Source: a virus (Duplodnaviria; Caudoviricetes). From it: a DNA stretch of 46,401 nucleotides. Shown here one piece after another: positions 18,456 through 28,002 of the stretch. The stretch lies in the IMG/VR virus record IMGVR_UViG_3300025030_000180, positions 1-46,401 of that record, one strand, 5' to 3'. A model generated the notes under the pieces. That model saw nothing but the letters and a program-made list of their open reading frames with translations, had not been told where the DNA came from and made no database searches. Position 1 is the first letter of the stretch, and every line of letters begins with the position of its first letter. The translations under genes were made by a program, and so were the position numbers.

Positions 18456-19511
18456 TTACTGCTGGCCGGAAAGCATTTGATTATATTCCGCCCACCCAAG
18501 ATCATTCGGTCCTGCCGGAATTTTTGTGATATTCAATGTCGGGAACATCTGCCTCAACCTGGACAGGATAACGGTCTTGAACGGGTTAAGAGCGGTGGGG
18601 GCAGAAGATCCTGCCGGAACGGTATTAATTGGAGCGCTGGATTCTCCATTAACTCCCGCTTGTGATTCCCAAACGAACGGCTCCATCCCCGCGAAAGCCA
18701 CCTGCATATTTACATCGGCCCGGTACCGGTTCGTCAAATCCTGAATGGCCGCTTGGCGAGAGGCGTCATCGGCAAAAGCCGTACTCGTCAAGATTGAGGT
18801 CAGTCCTGCCTGATACTGCTGGCTCATCGGCCCAAGCGTTGACTGGAGCTGCTTCTGAACGTCAGCCGACATCTGCAAGCTCTGGGACTGTTCATCAGCC
18901 ACCTGCTTCGCCACCTGCCGGGCCATAGCCGCCGCATCGCTTTGAGTCTGGAGCGTCCGGGCCTGCTCGCCCTGGACGTAAGCAAGCCCGGCCTGGCCCA
19001 TCTCCTGCTGCTTGTTGAGCTGCGAGTTGATGATCCCGGTTTGCTCGACCTTGCGCAAATCCTGGCCGAATCCGGCATCCTGCTGCGCGATTGGAAGGGC
19101 CGACTCTATCGCTGCCCGTTTACCCCACCCGGCGGCGAGGCTTGAATTGCCCAGCCCCCGGCTGTTCGCCTGAGACAGTGCCTTGGCCCTGGCCTGCTGC
19201 ACATAAGAGCCGTTCTTGTTGAGCAAGCGGTCAAGCTGGCCTAAAACCGTCTCGTCGGCGGACGCTTCGTAATGGTTTTTTGAGCCGTCGTAAGTGGGGC
19301 CGGCCACATAGCCGCCGGCGGTCGCCGTAGAGGCCTTCGGCATGGCGTTTCCAAGCAGCCCACCGGCAAGCGGGTTAACGGTGGATGTTGGAGCAGTGGC
19401 CGCCGGGGCCGGAGCAGTAGCAGCTTTCGGGACCGTTACGGCGGCGGGATTCCCAAGTTCTTCCTCGGTAGGAGGTTCTTCGGCCCATCCTGGTGTGTAA
19501 GACTTTGCCAT
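18456..19511 (-). CDS. Putative internal virion protein
   Basis: ETVLGQLDRLL..GSYVQQAR..ANSRGLGNSSLA..ALPIAQQDA motif typical of podovirus internal proteins; Gln-rich coiled coil. Confidence 0.6.
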   Translation of the reverse strand: MAKSYTPGWAEEPPTEEELGNPAAVTVPKAATAPAPAATAPTSTVNPLAGGLLGNAMPKASTATAGGYVAGPTYDGSKNHYEASADETVLGQLDRLLNKNGSYVQQARAKALSQANSRGLGNSSLAAGWGKRAAIESALPIAQQDAGFGQDLRKVEQTGIINSQLNKQQEMGQAGLAYVQGEQARTLQTQSDAAAMARQVAKQVADEQSQSLQMSADVQKQLQSTLGPMSQQYQAGLTSILTSTAFADDASRQAAIQDLTNRYRADVNMQVAFAGMEPFVWESQAGVNGESSAPINTVPAGSSAPTALNPFKTVILSRLRQMFPTLNITKIPAGPNDLGWAEYNQMLSGQQ

Positions 19512-19523
19512 TATCTTGCTCCG

Positions 19524-20513
19524 TTAAAAGAGATAGGTGAAAATTAGATATGCGTATCCAGTCGGAGAGCCATACTTTCCCCATTGGATAGTGCACCCGT
19601 CCGCATCAAAAGACGCAACGTAGCCCCTTTGTCCTGCCCCGGCCCCATTTATGCAGGCTATTGACCAGCTTGTATCTTGTGCCGTCCCAGAAGAATTTGA
19701 GTAGCTGCATTGATGAGTGGTCCCGTCGTCCACCCCATTCCCCATAATTGTCCCGGCGGAATCGACAAAAGAAACGATCAACCCGCGAGGAGTGCCACCG
19801 GCCCCCGTGTATGATACAGTGCCAGTTGTCGCCGTCATGTCCCTACCAAACGCATTTATCACTTTCGGGGCTGCTATCCCGCCAGCGGCCGCGACTGTGG
19901 ATATATCAGCCGCGATACCTGCGCAAGTAGAAACCTCAGAATCAACGGCAGCCACCGCGGCGACATCGCCTGCCGGGATTGCAGCCACTGTCGTCACATC
20001 CGCACTTATTCCGGCGACAGTCGTCACGTTCGCCGATATTCCCGCAACAGTCGTCACATTCCCCGCGATCCCTGCAACAGTCGCCACATTGGTAATATTC
20101 CCGCCAGAAAGCCCCTGCATGTCGAATCCCGACGTGGCGGTTGCGTTGTAGCGGAAGGTATAAATCTTGTTCGCGATCAAGTCGCCGGCCACCAGGGCGG
20201 AACCATCCTGCCCACGAAGCGACTTGACGCCGATGCCGTTGACATTCATCGTCGCCGCCCCCGTGTTCGTGTGATTCGCCTTGAACACGATCAACTGCCC
20301 ATCCGTGTAGCTGCCAGTAATCGCCGTCAGCGCCAAGGTGTAGGCGTTCGCGCTGCCCCCGGAAGTCAAATAATTGACGGTCTCAAGTTTCATTTTCGTC
20401 TCGTCTGGAAGAAGTCCGAAAGCCGTTGCTATCGTGTCGGCCAGGTTATTTATGTGCGAAGTAAGCGCTCGGATAGCGGAAGCAATTGCCGCAGGCGGGG
20501 TAAACGTGCTCAT
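19524..20513 (-). CDS. Tail fibre/needle-like protein with 10-aa VTTVAGI repeats
   Basis: GGSANAYTL..YTDG..FKANHTNTGAATMNVNG head-proximal module followed by NVTTVAGISA repeats. Confidence 0.7.
   Translation of the reverse strand: MSTFTPPAAIASAIRALTSHINNLADTIATAFGLLPDETKMKLETVNYLTSGGSANAYTLALTAITGSYTDGQLIVFKANHTNTGAATMNVNGIGVKSLRGQDGSALVAGDLIANKIYTFRYNATATSGFDMQGLSGGNITNVATVAGIAGNVTTVAGISANVTTVAGISADVTTVAAIPAGDVAAVAAVDSEVSTCAGIAADISTVAAAGGIAAPKVINAFGRDMTATTGTVSYTGAGGTPRGLIVSFVDSAGTIMGNGVDDGTTHQCSYSNSSGTAQDTSWSIACINGAGAGQRGYVASFDADGCTIQWGKYGSPTGYAYLIFTYLF
19900..20095 (-). repeat. Degenerate 30-bp coding repeats (N/D-V-T-T-V-A-G-I-x-A)
   Basis: Repeated cagtcgtcac/cagtcgccac units at 30-nt spacing. 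Confidence 0.7.
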
Positions 20514-23125
20514 CGTGTTATCCTCCGTGGTAGGAAGTGCGTAATTACGCCGTCGAACTTGTGGCCCAGGTCGATATCTGAGTTGCTGTAGGCGATTATT
20601 GCCATGTTGGTGCCGTTGCCCCGGAGCGCGATAGATGGTTGGTCAACAACCTTGGAGTCATAGGAAAACTCACCCCAGGTTGAAACGTCCCAATACCCTC
20701 CAAGGCCTCCGAAGATCACCGTTTCAAGAATGTGCTGCTGGATGTTGCCGTCTGCATAGGAAAATTCAGGGTGGAACCTGACAGAAGAATACCCTTCAGT
20801 AGCGCATTCCAGCGTTGCCCTCTGGTAGCTCTTCACCGTTGTCGGCGACTTGGAACTGTTGAACGCCAGCCGGAAATAAGCCTCGATAGCCGCGCCGTCG
20901 AAGCTCGAACCCTTGTCAGCCTGGTAGACCATCCCGGCACCGGAGCCGGTCTCGGAGCTGCACAGATACACGGTGTCGTCATCACCGTTGAATACAGCAT
21001 AAACCCCAACTGGATATTCAAACGGCGTGACGTAGTAGGCCGGGGCGTTACCCTCGACGCTGGCCGTGATGCACAACCCTGTTCCGTCACTGCCGTAAAT
21101 CCGCCACTGGCTTCTTGTCCGATATACGCTGGAGGCAACAGCAATAAGAAGCATGGCGTCAATAACTGGTTGAGCTTGCAGGCCTACGGCTGATTGAGAG
21201 AAGTTCCCATACTCTTGAGCTGCCGCGATCCTGACGAGGCCCTGGCCGCCAAGGACCATGGCAACGCCGGCCAAGTTCTGAGCGCAATATGCAAGGCCGC
21301 CGACATCGTCGGCCACCACATCAAGAACCCAATCGCTTTCATCGTTGCCGACCAGTTGCCTGACGCTGTTTTCCGACACGATTCCCAGGGCCTTCCCCGT
21401 CCACGGGAGCAGATTGGTAATCGTGTCACCCATGGCAATTTCGTTGGCGCCGACGGTCGCTGTCCATTCATAGGGCAGCCCCGCACCGGAGTTTTGCAAG
21501 GACCGGCCAAAGGACAGCCAAAGCCTATTTTTGTGGTGCGCTACGTGGTTCGGGATATCCGAGGTCATTCCGGTTGAGATCGGCACATAAACAGTCCCGT
21601 CAAACTCGAAACCTGAATTGATTCCGTCACAGCCGTACATGCGAAGGCCAGCACCGAAGTTGCAATTTACGGTTTCGTATCTTCCTGCAGGAAGAAGAGT
21701 TATCGCCGTGACCAGACTCGAAGCGGTCGCCTTGGTGGCCGCTGACACCTGAATAGCATTTGTCGCGTCAAAGGTGCCGTAGACCGGAAACAATATCAAC
21801 CGGCCGGCAGCGTCACCGTATGCTGTCGCCAAGCTCGTAGCGGTCGCCCGGGTGATCCCCCCAACCCTGAGAACGTTCGTTGCGTCGAATGTCCCGGAAG
21901 CGATCGTCATAAAGATCTTCCCGGCGGCATCAGTCCCCCACGTCCCGGACTCTCTGCCCACGGACAGGACAACGCCCACCGCGCCGCTTACATCCTGGGT
22001 AATCGTGTCGCCTGCGAAGATTTCTCCGACACCAGTGCCGAAACTGATTTCGTTCGAGCCCCAATCTCCGGACTCCTTTACGACCCGCTTGACGGTAGCC
22101 GAGGCCCCGGTTGTCACCTGTGTAATCGAGGCGCCATCCGCTATGGCCGCTACACCGTCGGTGAATGATATCTGACTGTAGAGGGGAACCTGAACCCACC
22201 CTGCCGCCGATGACTTCCAGAGATTCTTTGCCGTTCCGGCCAGGTTGTCCCGGAACACATAAACCGTTCCAGACAGCTTTCCGCCGCCCCTGGTTGGCCC
22301 TGACCCGGTAGCCACAACCGAAAACAAAACACCAGAATTCCCCCCGCCGTCTGAATTCGAGGCCGCAGTGGCGTCAACCGTAATGTTGTGGAATGTTGAC
22401 CCGGTGAACGTGGTATCCGTTGCCGTGATCGTCACAGCAGGATTGACATACCATGTGCTGTTGGTTATGGCTGAATTGGCGAGTGCAAGATATTGAGAGA
22501 GGTTCACGGTCGTGGCTGCTACTGCCATCCGGATTTCACCACCGGTCAACAAAGAACTCACCAGGTCAAACTGAGGTGCGGCCCCGGTGAACGTAATAAC
22601 TGACCCGGTTGCCGTAATCGTATGCGGGGATTCCCCGGTGATCTTGTGGACTGACAGTGACTTGGCGTTCGTGTTTAAAACAGAGTCCGCTTTGGGGTAC
22701 AATGTACCAAGAATAATAGCCGCATCTTGTAGCGTGAGAGTTACCGTTCCAGTATCGATATAGACGGTGTTGAAAGACTTTCCGGCAGAAGTAAGAGCGC
22801 AATTCCCGGTGATATGAAACGGATAGGTGGCGTGGGCGTTGAACGTCATCCCTGTTACCAACGTCAGATTGCCGTAGACACTGATTTCTGCGGATAATGT
22901 GATTGTAGGATTGTTGTCTACTCCGGTAAAATTTATCGACCCGACTCCTATGGACCCTATCGTCACTGTCTGCGCCGGGATACTGAAAGACGCTGCGTCA
23001 AATATCGCCGCATCGGTAGGGCCTGGCACGGAAGCATTGTCAGCTACGCCACTCGCAGATCCCCAATGTGTGGTGTCTGATGCGTCCCAAGTACCACCGT
23101 CTCCGACCCAATAGCGAGTTGCCAT
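20510..23125 (-). CDS. Tail nozzle/stabilisation protein (P22 gp10/T7 gp12-like), C-terminal part fused to an N-terminal adhesin-like domain
   Basis: GSGP.RG..VYVFRDN, HKNRLWLS and GSSFDGAAIEAY motifs, plus ~270 aa N-terminal MATRYWVGDGGTW..NSDGGGNSG Thr-rich domain. Confidence 0.7.
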   Translation of the reverse strand: MATRYWVGDGGTWDASDTTHWGSASGVADNASVPGPTDAAIFDAASFSIPAQTVTIGSIGVGSINFTGVDNNPTITLSAEISVYGNLTLVTGMTFNAHATYPFHITGNCALTSAGKSFNTVYIDTGTVTLTLQDAAIILGTLYPKADSVLNTNAKSLSVHKITGESPHTITATGSVITFTGAAPQFDLVSSLLTGGEIRMAVAATTVNLSQYLALANSAITNSTWYVNPAVTITATDTTFTGSTFHNITVDATAASNSDGGGNSGVLFSVVATGSGPTRGGGKLSGTVYVFRDNLAGTAKNLWKSSAAGWVQVPLYSQISFTDGVAAIADGASITQVTTGASATVKRVVKESGDWGSNEISFGTGVGEIFAGDTITQDVSGAVGVVLSVGRESGTWGTDAAGKIFMTIASGTFDATNVLRVGGITRATATSLATAYGDAAGRLILFPVYGTFDATNAIQVSAATKATASSLVTAITLLPAGRYETVNCNFGAGLRMYGCDGINSGFEFDGTVYVPISTGMTSDIPNHVAHHKNRLWLSFGRSLQNSGAGLPYEWTATVGANEIAMGDTITNLLPWTGKALGIVSENSVRQLVGNDESDWVLDVVADDVGGLAYCAQNLAGVAMVLGGQGLVRIAAAQEYGNFSQSAVGLQAQPVIDAMLLIAVASSVYRTRSQWRIYGSDGTGLCITASVEGNAPAYYVTPFEYPVGVYAVFNGDDDTVYLCSSETGSGAGMVYQADKGSSFDGAAIEAYFRLAFNSSKSPTTVKSYQRATLECATEGYSSVRFHPEFSYADGNIQQHILETVIFGGLGGYWDVSTWGEFSYDSKVVDQPSIALRGNGTNMAIIAYSNSDIDLGHKFDGVITHFLPRRITR

Positions 23126-23604
23126 TACACAGCCCCCGGAGCTTTAATGTCGGCTCGGTAAATATCAGCAGCCGCGTTCAGTGCCACCGCATGGGCGTAG
23201 CTCGTAGCCGCTCCAGTCAGAACAGGACTCCCCACCAACGCGCCCACAGGGCTACCGCCGACAGTCAGATTTTCACTCGCGGTGAAAGTCCCGGATACTT
23301 TCGTTACAACAAGATATCCCGTGCCGGTAGCCGCCACCACTGCCGTTTTGCTGCTTGTCACGCCCGTGATCGTATCCCCGACCACCACGGCCCCGGTAAG
23401 CGATACGGCACACTGGTAATATGTAGCCGCTGACGGCGCCGACCTGCCGTCGAATCGCTCATAGCCATCAATCCGCCGGAGGCCACCGGTATTGCCCGCT
23501 TCGTAATTCTTACAAAATGACGCCCGGCCCGGCTGGACAGCGAGGGCCGGGCTTGTGGTGTCAAGCCCCCCGTAAATCTTGGTGTACTCCACTTTCGTCG
23601 TCAA
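23125..23604 (-). CDS. Tail nozzle protein, N-terminal part (apparently split gene)
   Basis: GGLD..SP..GGLRRIDGYERFDG..AADIYRADI resembles the N-terminus of gp10-like nozzle proteins. Confidence 0.65.
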   Translation of the reverse strand: MTTKVEYTKIYGGLDTTSPALAVQPGRASFCKNYEAGNTGGLRRIDGYERFDGRSAPSAATYYQCAVSLTGAVVVGDTITGVTSSKTAVVAATGTGYLVVTKVSGTFTASENLTVGGSPVGALVGSPVLTGAATSYAHAVALNAAADIYRADIKAPGAV

Positions 23605-24263
23605 GCTAAGGGCCTGCCATAGGTGAATTTCGAAACCTGAGAAAACTCCATTGCCTTGATCAATCTCTTATACTCTGCCTGACCATGTGCGTACCGTGCC
23701 GGGGCTTCAAGCAGGGCAGCCTGGAACAAAAGTGCCCTCCACACGACCAGCATGTGAAACTGAGACGGAAAGATCGGCTCGTCGGTATCAGCAGTCATCG
23801 TGGCCGGCTTCAGCATGTACTCACCGGTGCAGGTGTAAACCGCATCAGGATTCGGCCAGAAGACGATTGAGTTGTTCGGCTTGATCGAGAAGTGGGTAGG
23901 GCGGCCGGACTGCACCGCTCCGATATCTCGCACCTCCCGGAATAACTTCCACGGCTCGTATTGCATTGGATTTTCGTCTGATTGAGTCAGATAAACCCTT
24001 GTGTCGTCCGTGAGCCATTCGCCAAGAGTTGTCAGGCCGGCCGCAGCCGGGGTGTATGTATCTGTGCCAGAAATCAACGGGAAAGAGAACTCCGTTTGCA
24101 TGAACCTCCAATTTGTATGGAGATTCTGGATGTCCTCATAAGCCGAGTTGGCCCAATCAACAACCTCCTTCATCTCTCCCACTTGATTCAGGACAGAAGT
24201 AGGGCCGGTTCCGGATATCGCCGCCTCTTGCCGTAGTCTTTGGGAGAGCTGAAGGTAGTTCAT
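23601..24263 (-). CDS. Head-tail adaptor/tail tubular protein A-like
   Basis: MNYLQLSQRLRQEA..W.FM..G.P..F..WPNPD..D.P.FP..FH.L.VW.AL pattern; syntenic position. Confidence 0.75.
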   Translation of the reverse strand: MNYLQLSQRLRQEAAISGTGPTSVLNQVGEMKEVVDWANSAYEDIQNLHTNWRFMQTEFSFPLISGTDTYTPAAAGLTTLGEWLTDDTRVYLTQSDENPMQYEPWKLFREVRDIGAVQSGRPTHFSIKPNNSIVFWPNPDAVYTCTGEYMLKPATMTADTDEPIFPSQFHMLVVWRALLFQAALLEAPARYAHGQAEYKRLIKAMEFSQVSKFTYGRPLA

Positions 24264-24673
24264 GAGGCAAGAATCCCCTGAAGCCAGGCCGCGCCTTTCG
24301 GGTTAGGGTCTCTGCGGACATCAAAAGGATAGGCAAGCACGGTGCGCTCGACCATCCGCAGGCTGGCCGGGTCTCTCTGATCGCCCAATTCCTGGGTGTA
24401 TTTCGTAATGCGAGCACGGGCAAGGGCCTCGACATACTTCCGCTTCACGGGCTGAATTCGACCGCGAACGATGGGCTGGTTTACACCGTTCACGCTGGGA
24501 GTAATGACATCCAGTGAACCCTCTTCATTCGTGGAGTGGACGATTATGTCCAGTATCTCATTCGCAAACGCCTCGGCTGGCACGTTGAATTTTTCAATTT
24601 CAACGTTAGGATTGTCGTGTTTGCCGATTTCATCCATTGGGATTTTCCTGGTCTTATCTAAATTCACTTCCAT
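24260..24673 (-). CDS. Conserved phage virion-module protein
   Basis: GGAGG RBS; VNG..I.RG..VKRKYVEALAR..YPF motif. Confidence 0.7.
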   Translation of the reverse strand: MEVNLDKTRKIPMDEIGKHDNPNVEIEKFNVPAEAFANEILDIIVHSTNEEGSLDVITPSVNGVNQPIVRGRIQPVKRKYVEALARARITKYTQELGDQRDPASLRMVERTVLAYPFDVRRDPNPKGAAWLQGILAS

Positions 24674-24697
24674 TTTGAACTTCCTCCTCCGAAGATT

Positions 24698-24736
24698 AAA
24701 GAAAAGGCCGCCCGCCCTTCATTGAGACGGGCGGCC
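24698..24736 (-). terminator. Intrinsic terminator after head genes
   Basis: GGCCGCCCG/CGGGCGGCC stem followed by TTTTCTTT on the minus strand. Confidence 0.6.
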
Positions 24737-24759
24737 CTGTTACTCAATGCTCAGACTGA

Positions 24760-25233
24760 TTACGCGGTCAACGGCATGCTGGGAACGGTCATCAGGTCAA
24801 CGAAAGTCTCGGTGATGCCGGTGGCGCTCAGTGCGGTTGTCCCTGGCGTAAAGTTGTAAGTGGTCGTGCAAGCAATCCGCACATAACCAATCGGGCAGGT
24901 GTCCACCGTAGGAACCGGGAACTGAATCTGCTCAGAACCGGCAGCCAGGCCGGCGGTGGTCACGATGTTGGACCGCTTGCTGCTTACGGTGCCGCTGGTG
25001 TTGAGCATGATCAGATAAATTGCCGTGGTCAGCAGGCCTTGAGCGGTATCTGCCGTCAAAGGCGCATCCGTGGCGACATCCGCTTTGTGGAACAATACAC
25101 CGTTGATAGCGAAGTCAACCCCGGCCCCATTGGGAGCCGCGATTCCCACGCCGAGGGCGCTACCATCACCAGTCGTCAGCCCAGCCTTGCTCAGGCAGAT
25201 AGTCCCGCCTCTGATCCCATCATTGATATTCAT
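24760..25233 (-). CDS. Putative head decoration/cement protein
   Basis: LSKAGL..FAING..CPIGY..FTPGTTAL pattern; downstream of the capsid gene. Confidence 0.6.
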   Translation of the reverse strand: MNINDGIRGGTICLSKAGLTTGDGSALGVGIAAPNGAGVDFAINGVLFHKADVATDAPLTADTAQGLLTTAIYLIMLNTSGTVSSKRSNIVTTAGLAAGSEQIQFPVPTVDTCPIGYVRIACTTTYNFTPGTTALSATGITETFVDLMTVPSMPLTA

Positions 25234-25238
25234 TTTTT

Positions 25239-25544
25239 TTACCTCAAGAATTTTTCGTAAACCGGCATGTGGTTTACGGTTAATTTGCCAGCGTCATCGA
25301 GCTTCTTCAGCTCTTTGACAATAATTTCGGTCGCCGCCTCGCCCAGGGCTATTTCTTTCCCGGTGTCTGCCGCTTGATTCCAGGTTGCCATGCCCCCCTC
25401 TTCTTTGATGCCAAGGCTTTTGATTTCAGCCTCATCGAAAGACAAGATGCCTGACGCATCCCTCATGATCTTGAGGGTGACAAAACTCCCTTCTTTCGGC
25501 AGCAGCGACAACAACATGAGACGGTCAAGCACACTTAAAATCAT
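25239..25544 (-). CDS. Hypothetical protein (101 aa)
   Basis: AGGAGG RBS; LSVLDRLMLLSLLPKEGSF..LKKLD..YEKF. Confidence 0.7.
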   Translation of the reverse strand: MILSVLDRLMLLSLLPKEGSFVTLKIMRDASGILSFDEAEIKSLGIKEEGGMATWNQAADTGKEIALGEAATEIIVKELKKLDDAGKLTVNHMPVYEKFLR

Positions 25545-25549
25545 TTTGA

Positions 25550-25635
25550 TACCTCCTGATAGTATCCCTGGTTAGTAGATCCCACGGGAAAGCCAGCCAG
25601 GAAACCGGCTTTATCGGACGCGCGTCCTATCCCGT
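25550..25635 (-). ncRNA. Candidate cis-regulatory three-way-junction RNA with loop complementary to the downstream RBS
   Basis: ACGGGA/UCCCGU, GGAC/GUCC and AAGCCGG/CUGGCUU stems; loop UUUCCUGG complementary to downstream CCAGGGA and UCAGGAG. Confidence 0.45.
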
Positions 25636-25644
25636 AGAATTTCA

Positions 25645-25722
25645 TCATTTCTTCTTACCCTTCGGTTTTCCTTCCACCGTTGGGATTGTTTCTTTGATCA
25701 TTTCAGCTTTTGTTTCGGCCAT
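25645..25722 (-). CDS. 25-aa basic peptide
   Basis: AAGGAG RBS; MAETKAEMIKETIPTVEGKPKGKKK; below the ORF-track cutoff. Confidence 0.45.
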   Translation of the reverse strand: MAETKAEMIKETIPTVEGKPKGKKK

Positions 25723-25732
25723 GATCGTCTCC

Positions 25733-26920
25733 TTATGCGCCGGTATCGGTCAGCATGATGTAATAAGCTACGCCGTCAATAAGTATGCGAAGCGCATGCG
25801 TAGCCGCCGCCGCCGTGTTCGCCTGGAAGATCTTGCCAGACGTAGCGGTGCCAACTCCGGTAAAATTGAAGATGTACCCACCGGTACGCCATGCGGCCAC
25901 ACCTGCACCCCAAGCATTTCCGGTGAGAAACGCCACCGGCACACTTACGCCATACCCGGCTCCACTTGTCGGGATGTTGAGTTCAGCCTCGAACGCACAG
26001 TAAGACCCTGCGCCGATTGTGGCGTCTGCCAAGTCAATTTCTGCGCAAATTGCACCGGCAAGGCCCGTGACATACCCGGCAGACGAAAAGTCTACCTTGC
26101 CAAGAATGGCGTTTGCCCAGTTGCCTACCTGGACGTTAGAGGTCAGGACGGACCGGAACGCCTCTGCCGTATTGACGGAAGATGCCCCGGTGAGCGTCTG
26201 CAAGACCTCTGCGGTCATTATATTGGTCGCCGTGGTCGTAGCCGATGTCCTGGTAACGACCAGCTTGTCGGCGCTCTGATCCCATGCCAGCGAACAGCCG
26301 TTGGTGGCGCCATAAGCCGTGAGATCGACGCCTTTACTGCCACCAGTCGCGCCGATGCTCAACGTGCCATTGGTATCAGTGCTCGGGTCCCAAAACACCC
26401 CGCAGCCGGTGGTGTCGCCGTAGAGCTTGAACATCAGGCCCTTAGTGTCGGCACCGATATAAACGGCCCCGTTGGTGTCACCGTCCGCATCAAATAGCAC
26501 CTTGTACAGAGCCGTGGTCCCGTACCAGATGAAATCGCCTGCCGTAGTGCCGGAGACGCCCATTTGCAGCGCTGCCGTGGTGCAGGCCCCGGTGATCTTG
26601 ATGCCGGTTGCCGTTGCGCCAGTGATGGCAATACCGGCAGTCGTCTGGGCTCCAATCGTGATCGCCGTTGTGTTGTTGCCGGAAATGTTGATACCGGCGG
26701 ACGAAGCCGTCCCGGCAAGCGAAATACCAGTTACTCCGGTAAACGCGCTGGTAACAGCAATCGCAGTTGTGCCGTCTGCCGCGATGCTGATACCAGTTGT
26801 GAAGGCTGAGGTTAATGAAATTGGTAACGACGTGGTTACCCCGTTTGCCATGAGCCCCTTGAGCACTCTTTGAGTGATGGCGCAGGGGACTTGATTAATC
26901 CATTGCTGGTTTGTGGTCAT
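25733..26920 (-). CDS. Head fibre/decoration protein with beta-repeat segments
   Basis: Immediately after the capsid gene; T/A/G-rich repeats (TAITIGA, TGIKITGA) and repeated YG.T.G...WD.S.D units. Confidence 0.6.
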   Translation of the reverse strand: MTTNQQWINQVPCAITQRVLKGLMANGVTTSLPISLTSAFTTGISIAADGTTAIAVTSAFTGVTGISLAGTASSAGINISGNNTTAITIGAQTTAGIAITGATATGIKITGACTTAALQMGVSGTTAGDFIWYGTTALYKVLFDADGDTNGAVYIGADTKGLMFKLYGDTTGCGVFWDPSTDTNGTLSIGATGGSKGVDLTAYGATNGCSLAWDQSADKLVVTRTSATTTATNIMTAEVLQTLTGASSVNTAEAFRSVLTSNVQVGNWANAILGKVDFSSAGYVTGLAGAICAEIDLADATIGAGSYCAFEAELNIPTSGAGYGVSVPVAFLTGNAWGAGVAAWRTGGYIFNFTGVGTATSGKIFQANTAAAATHALRILIDGVAYYIMLTDTGA

Positions 26921-26932
26921 ATCTCAACCCCC

Positions 26933-27997
26933 TTATGCCAGGTCAGATGCGCCGCACTCGATACGGGTCATCCAGTTTTCATTAAGCCGGACACACGCAT
27001 ACCAGAAATCTGCGCCAACGTAACCGAACATGCCGGAAGGATTGGCGTGGTTCTTGACGTTACTCGGGATGATCGTCGGACTGATTGCGCTATAGCCTTT
27101 GCCCTTGAGGCTGATATGGCCCCAGGCGCTCTCCGCCAGAACGATTACCGGGTAGACGTCCACCAAGGAACTACCGGCGGACAACATGCCGGTGCTGGTG
27201 TACGAAGCGCCGCCGGCCAGGAAAGGCGAGAACAGCGGAGAAGTCACGAACCGGAACTCCTCACAAGCGCCGATCTCACGGGGATGAACCGGCTTAATGG
27301 CAGAACCGTACTCAACCCGCTTGGTGAAGCCGGGCAGGTCGCGGACATCGCTCGACAAGTCAGTGTGGACGAACACCACATAGCACGGCTCAACGGGAGC
27401 GGTCCCGAAGTCCGGGCCGGCCTTGACCATTTCAGTGATCTTCATAGCCCGGTTGGTTTCCATGGCCCGTGCAGCTTTCCGCAGGGAATTGAGGCTCAGG
27501 GCGGTGTTGACATCAGTCCGGGCGGAACCGTTGGCGTAGACAACACTGGTGCCGGCCTTGACCTGACCATAAGCAATCAGCTCGGCGACTTCGGCAAGGG
27601 TCTCGCCGGTAACTTTCGCCATGTCGTCCGGGATGTTGTCCTCGTACATCAACTGCGCCTTCGAGGTGAACTTGAACAGAACGCTGTACTGCTGCAACGT
27701 GGCGGACACGTCGGTGTAGCTGATCGTGTTGCTGTTCGGGGTCACGCCCTCTGAGGTCACGAAGGACGAAGGCGTGATCGACGGGGTTTCGCTGTATCCG
27801 CTTGCAGGGTTGGCCGCAGCGGTGGCGCTGAACGGCTTGATCCGGCGGAACACAACGGTATCGGTTTTATTGAGCGGCTGCTCTTTCTGGTCGCCGAACA
27901 TGCCCAGGACTCGGATGTTATCGACGTGCTTCAGCATCTTTAGCTCGGCCCGGATCAGATTCCGGGATGCTGGCGTTGAATAGGTTTGTACGACCAT
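26933..27997 (-). CDS. Major capsid protein, N4-gp56 family
   Basis: FG..K..P.NKTDTVVFRR, EGVTP, ATLQQY, EIGACEEFRF, DVYPVIV, ANPSGMFGYVG and LNENWM.RIE motifs. Confidence 0.92.
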   Translation of the reverse strand: MVVQTYSTPASRNLIRAELKMLKHVDNIRVLGMFGDQKEQPLNKTDTVVFRRIKPFSATAAANPASGYSETPSITPSSFVTSEGVTPNSNTISYTDVSATLQQYSVLFKFTSKAQLMYEDNIPDDMAKVTGETLAEVAELIAYGQVKAGTSVVYANGSARTDVNTALSLNSLRKAARAMETNRAMKITEMVKAGPDFGTAPVEPCYVVFVHTDLSSDVRDLPGFTKRVEYGSAIKPVHPREIGACEEFRFVTSPLFSPFLAGGASYTSTGMLSAGSSLVDVYPVIVLAESAWGHISLKGKGYSAISPTIIPSNVKNHANPSGMFGYVGADFWYACVRLNENWMTRIECGASDLA

Positions 27998-28002
27998 TTA
28001 AA

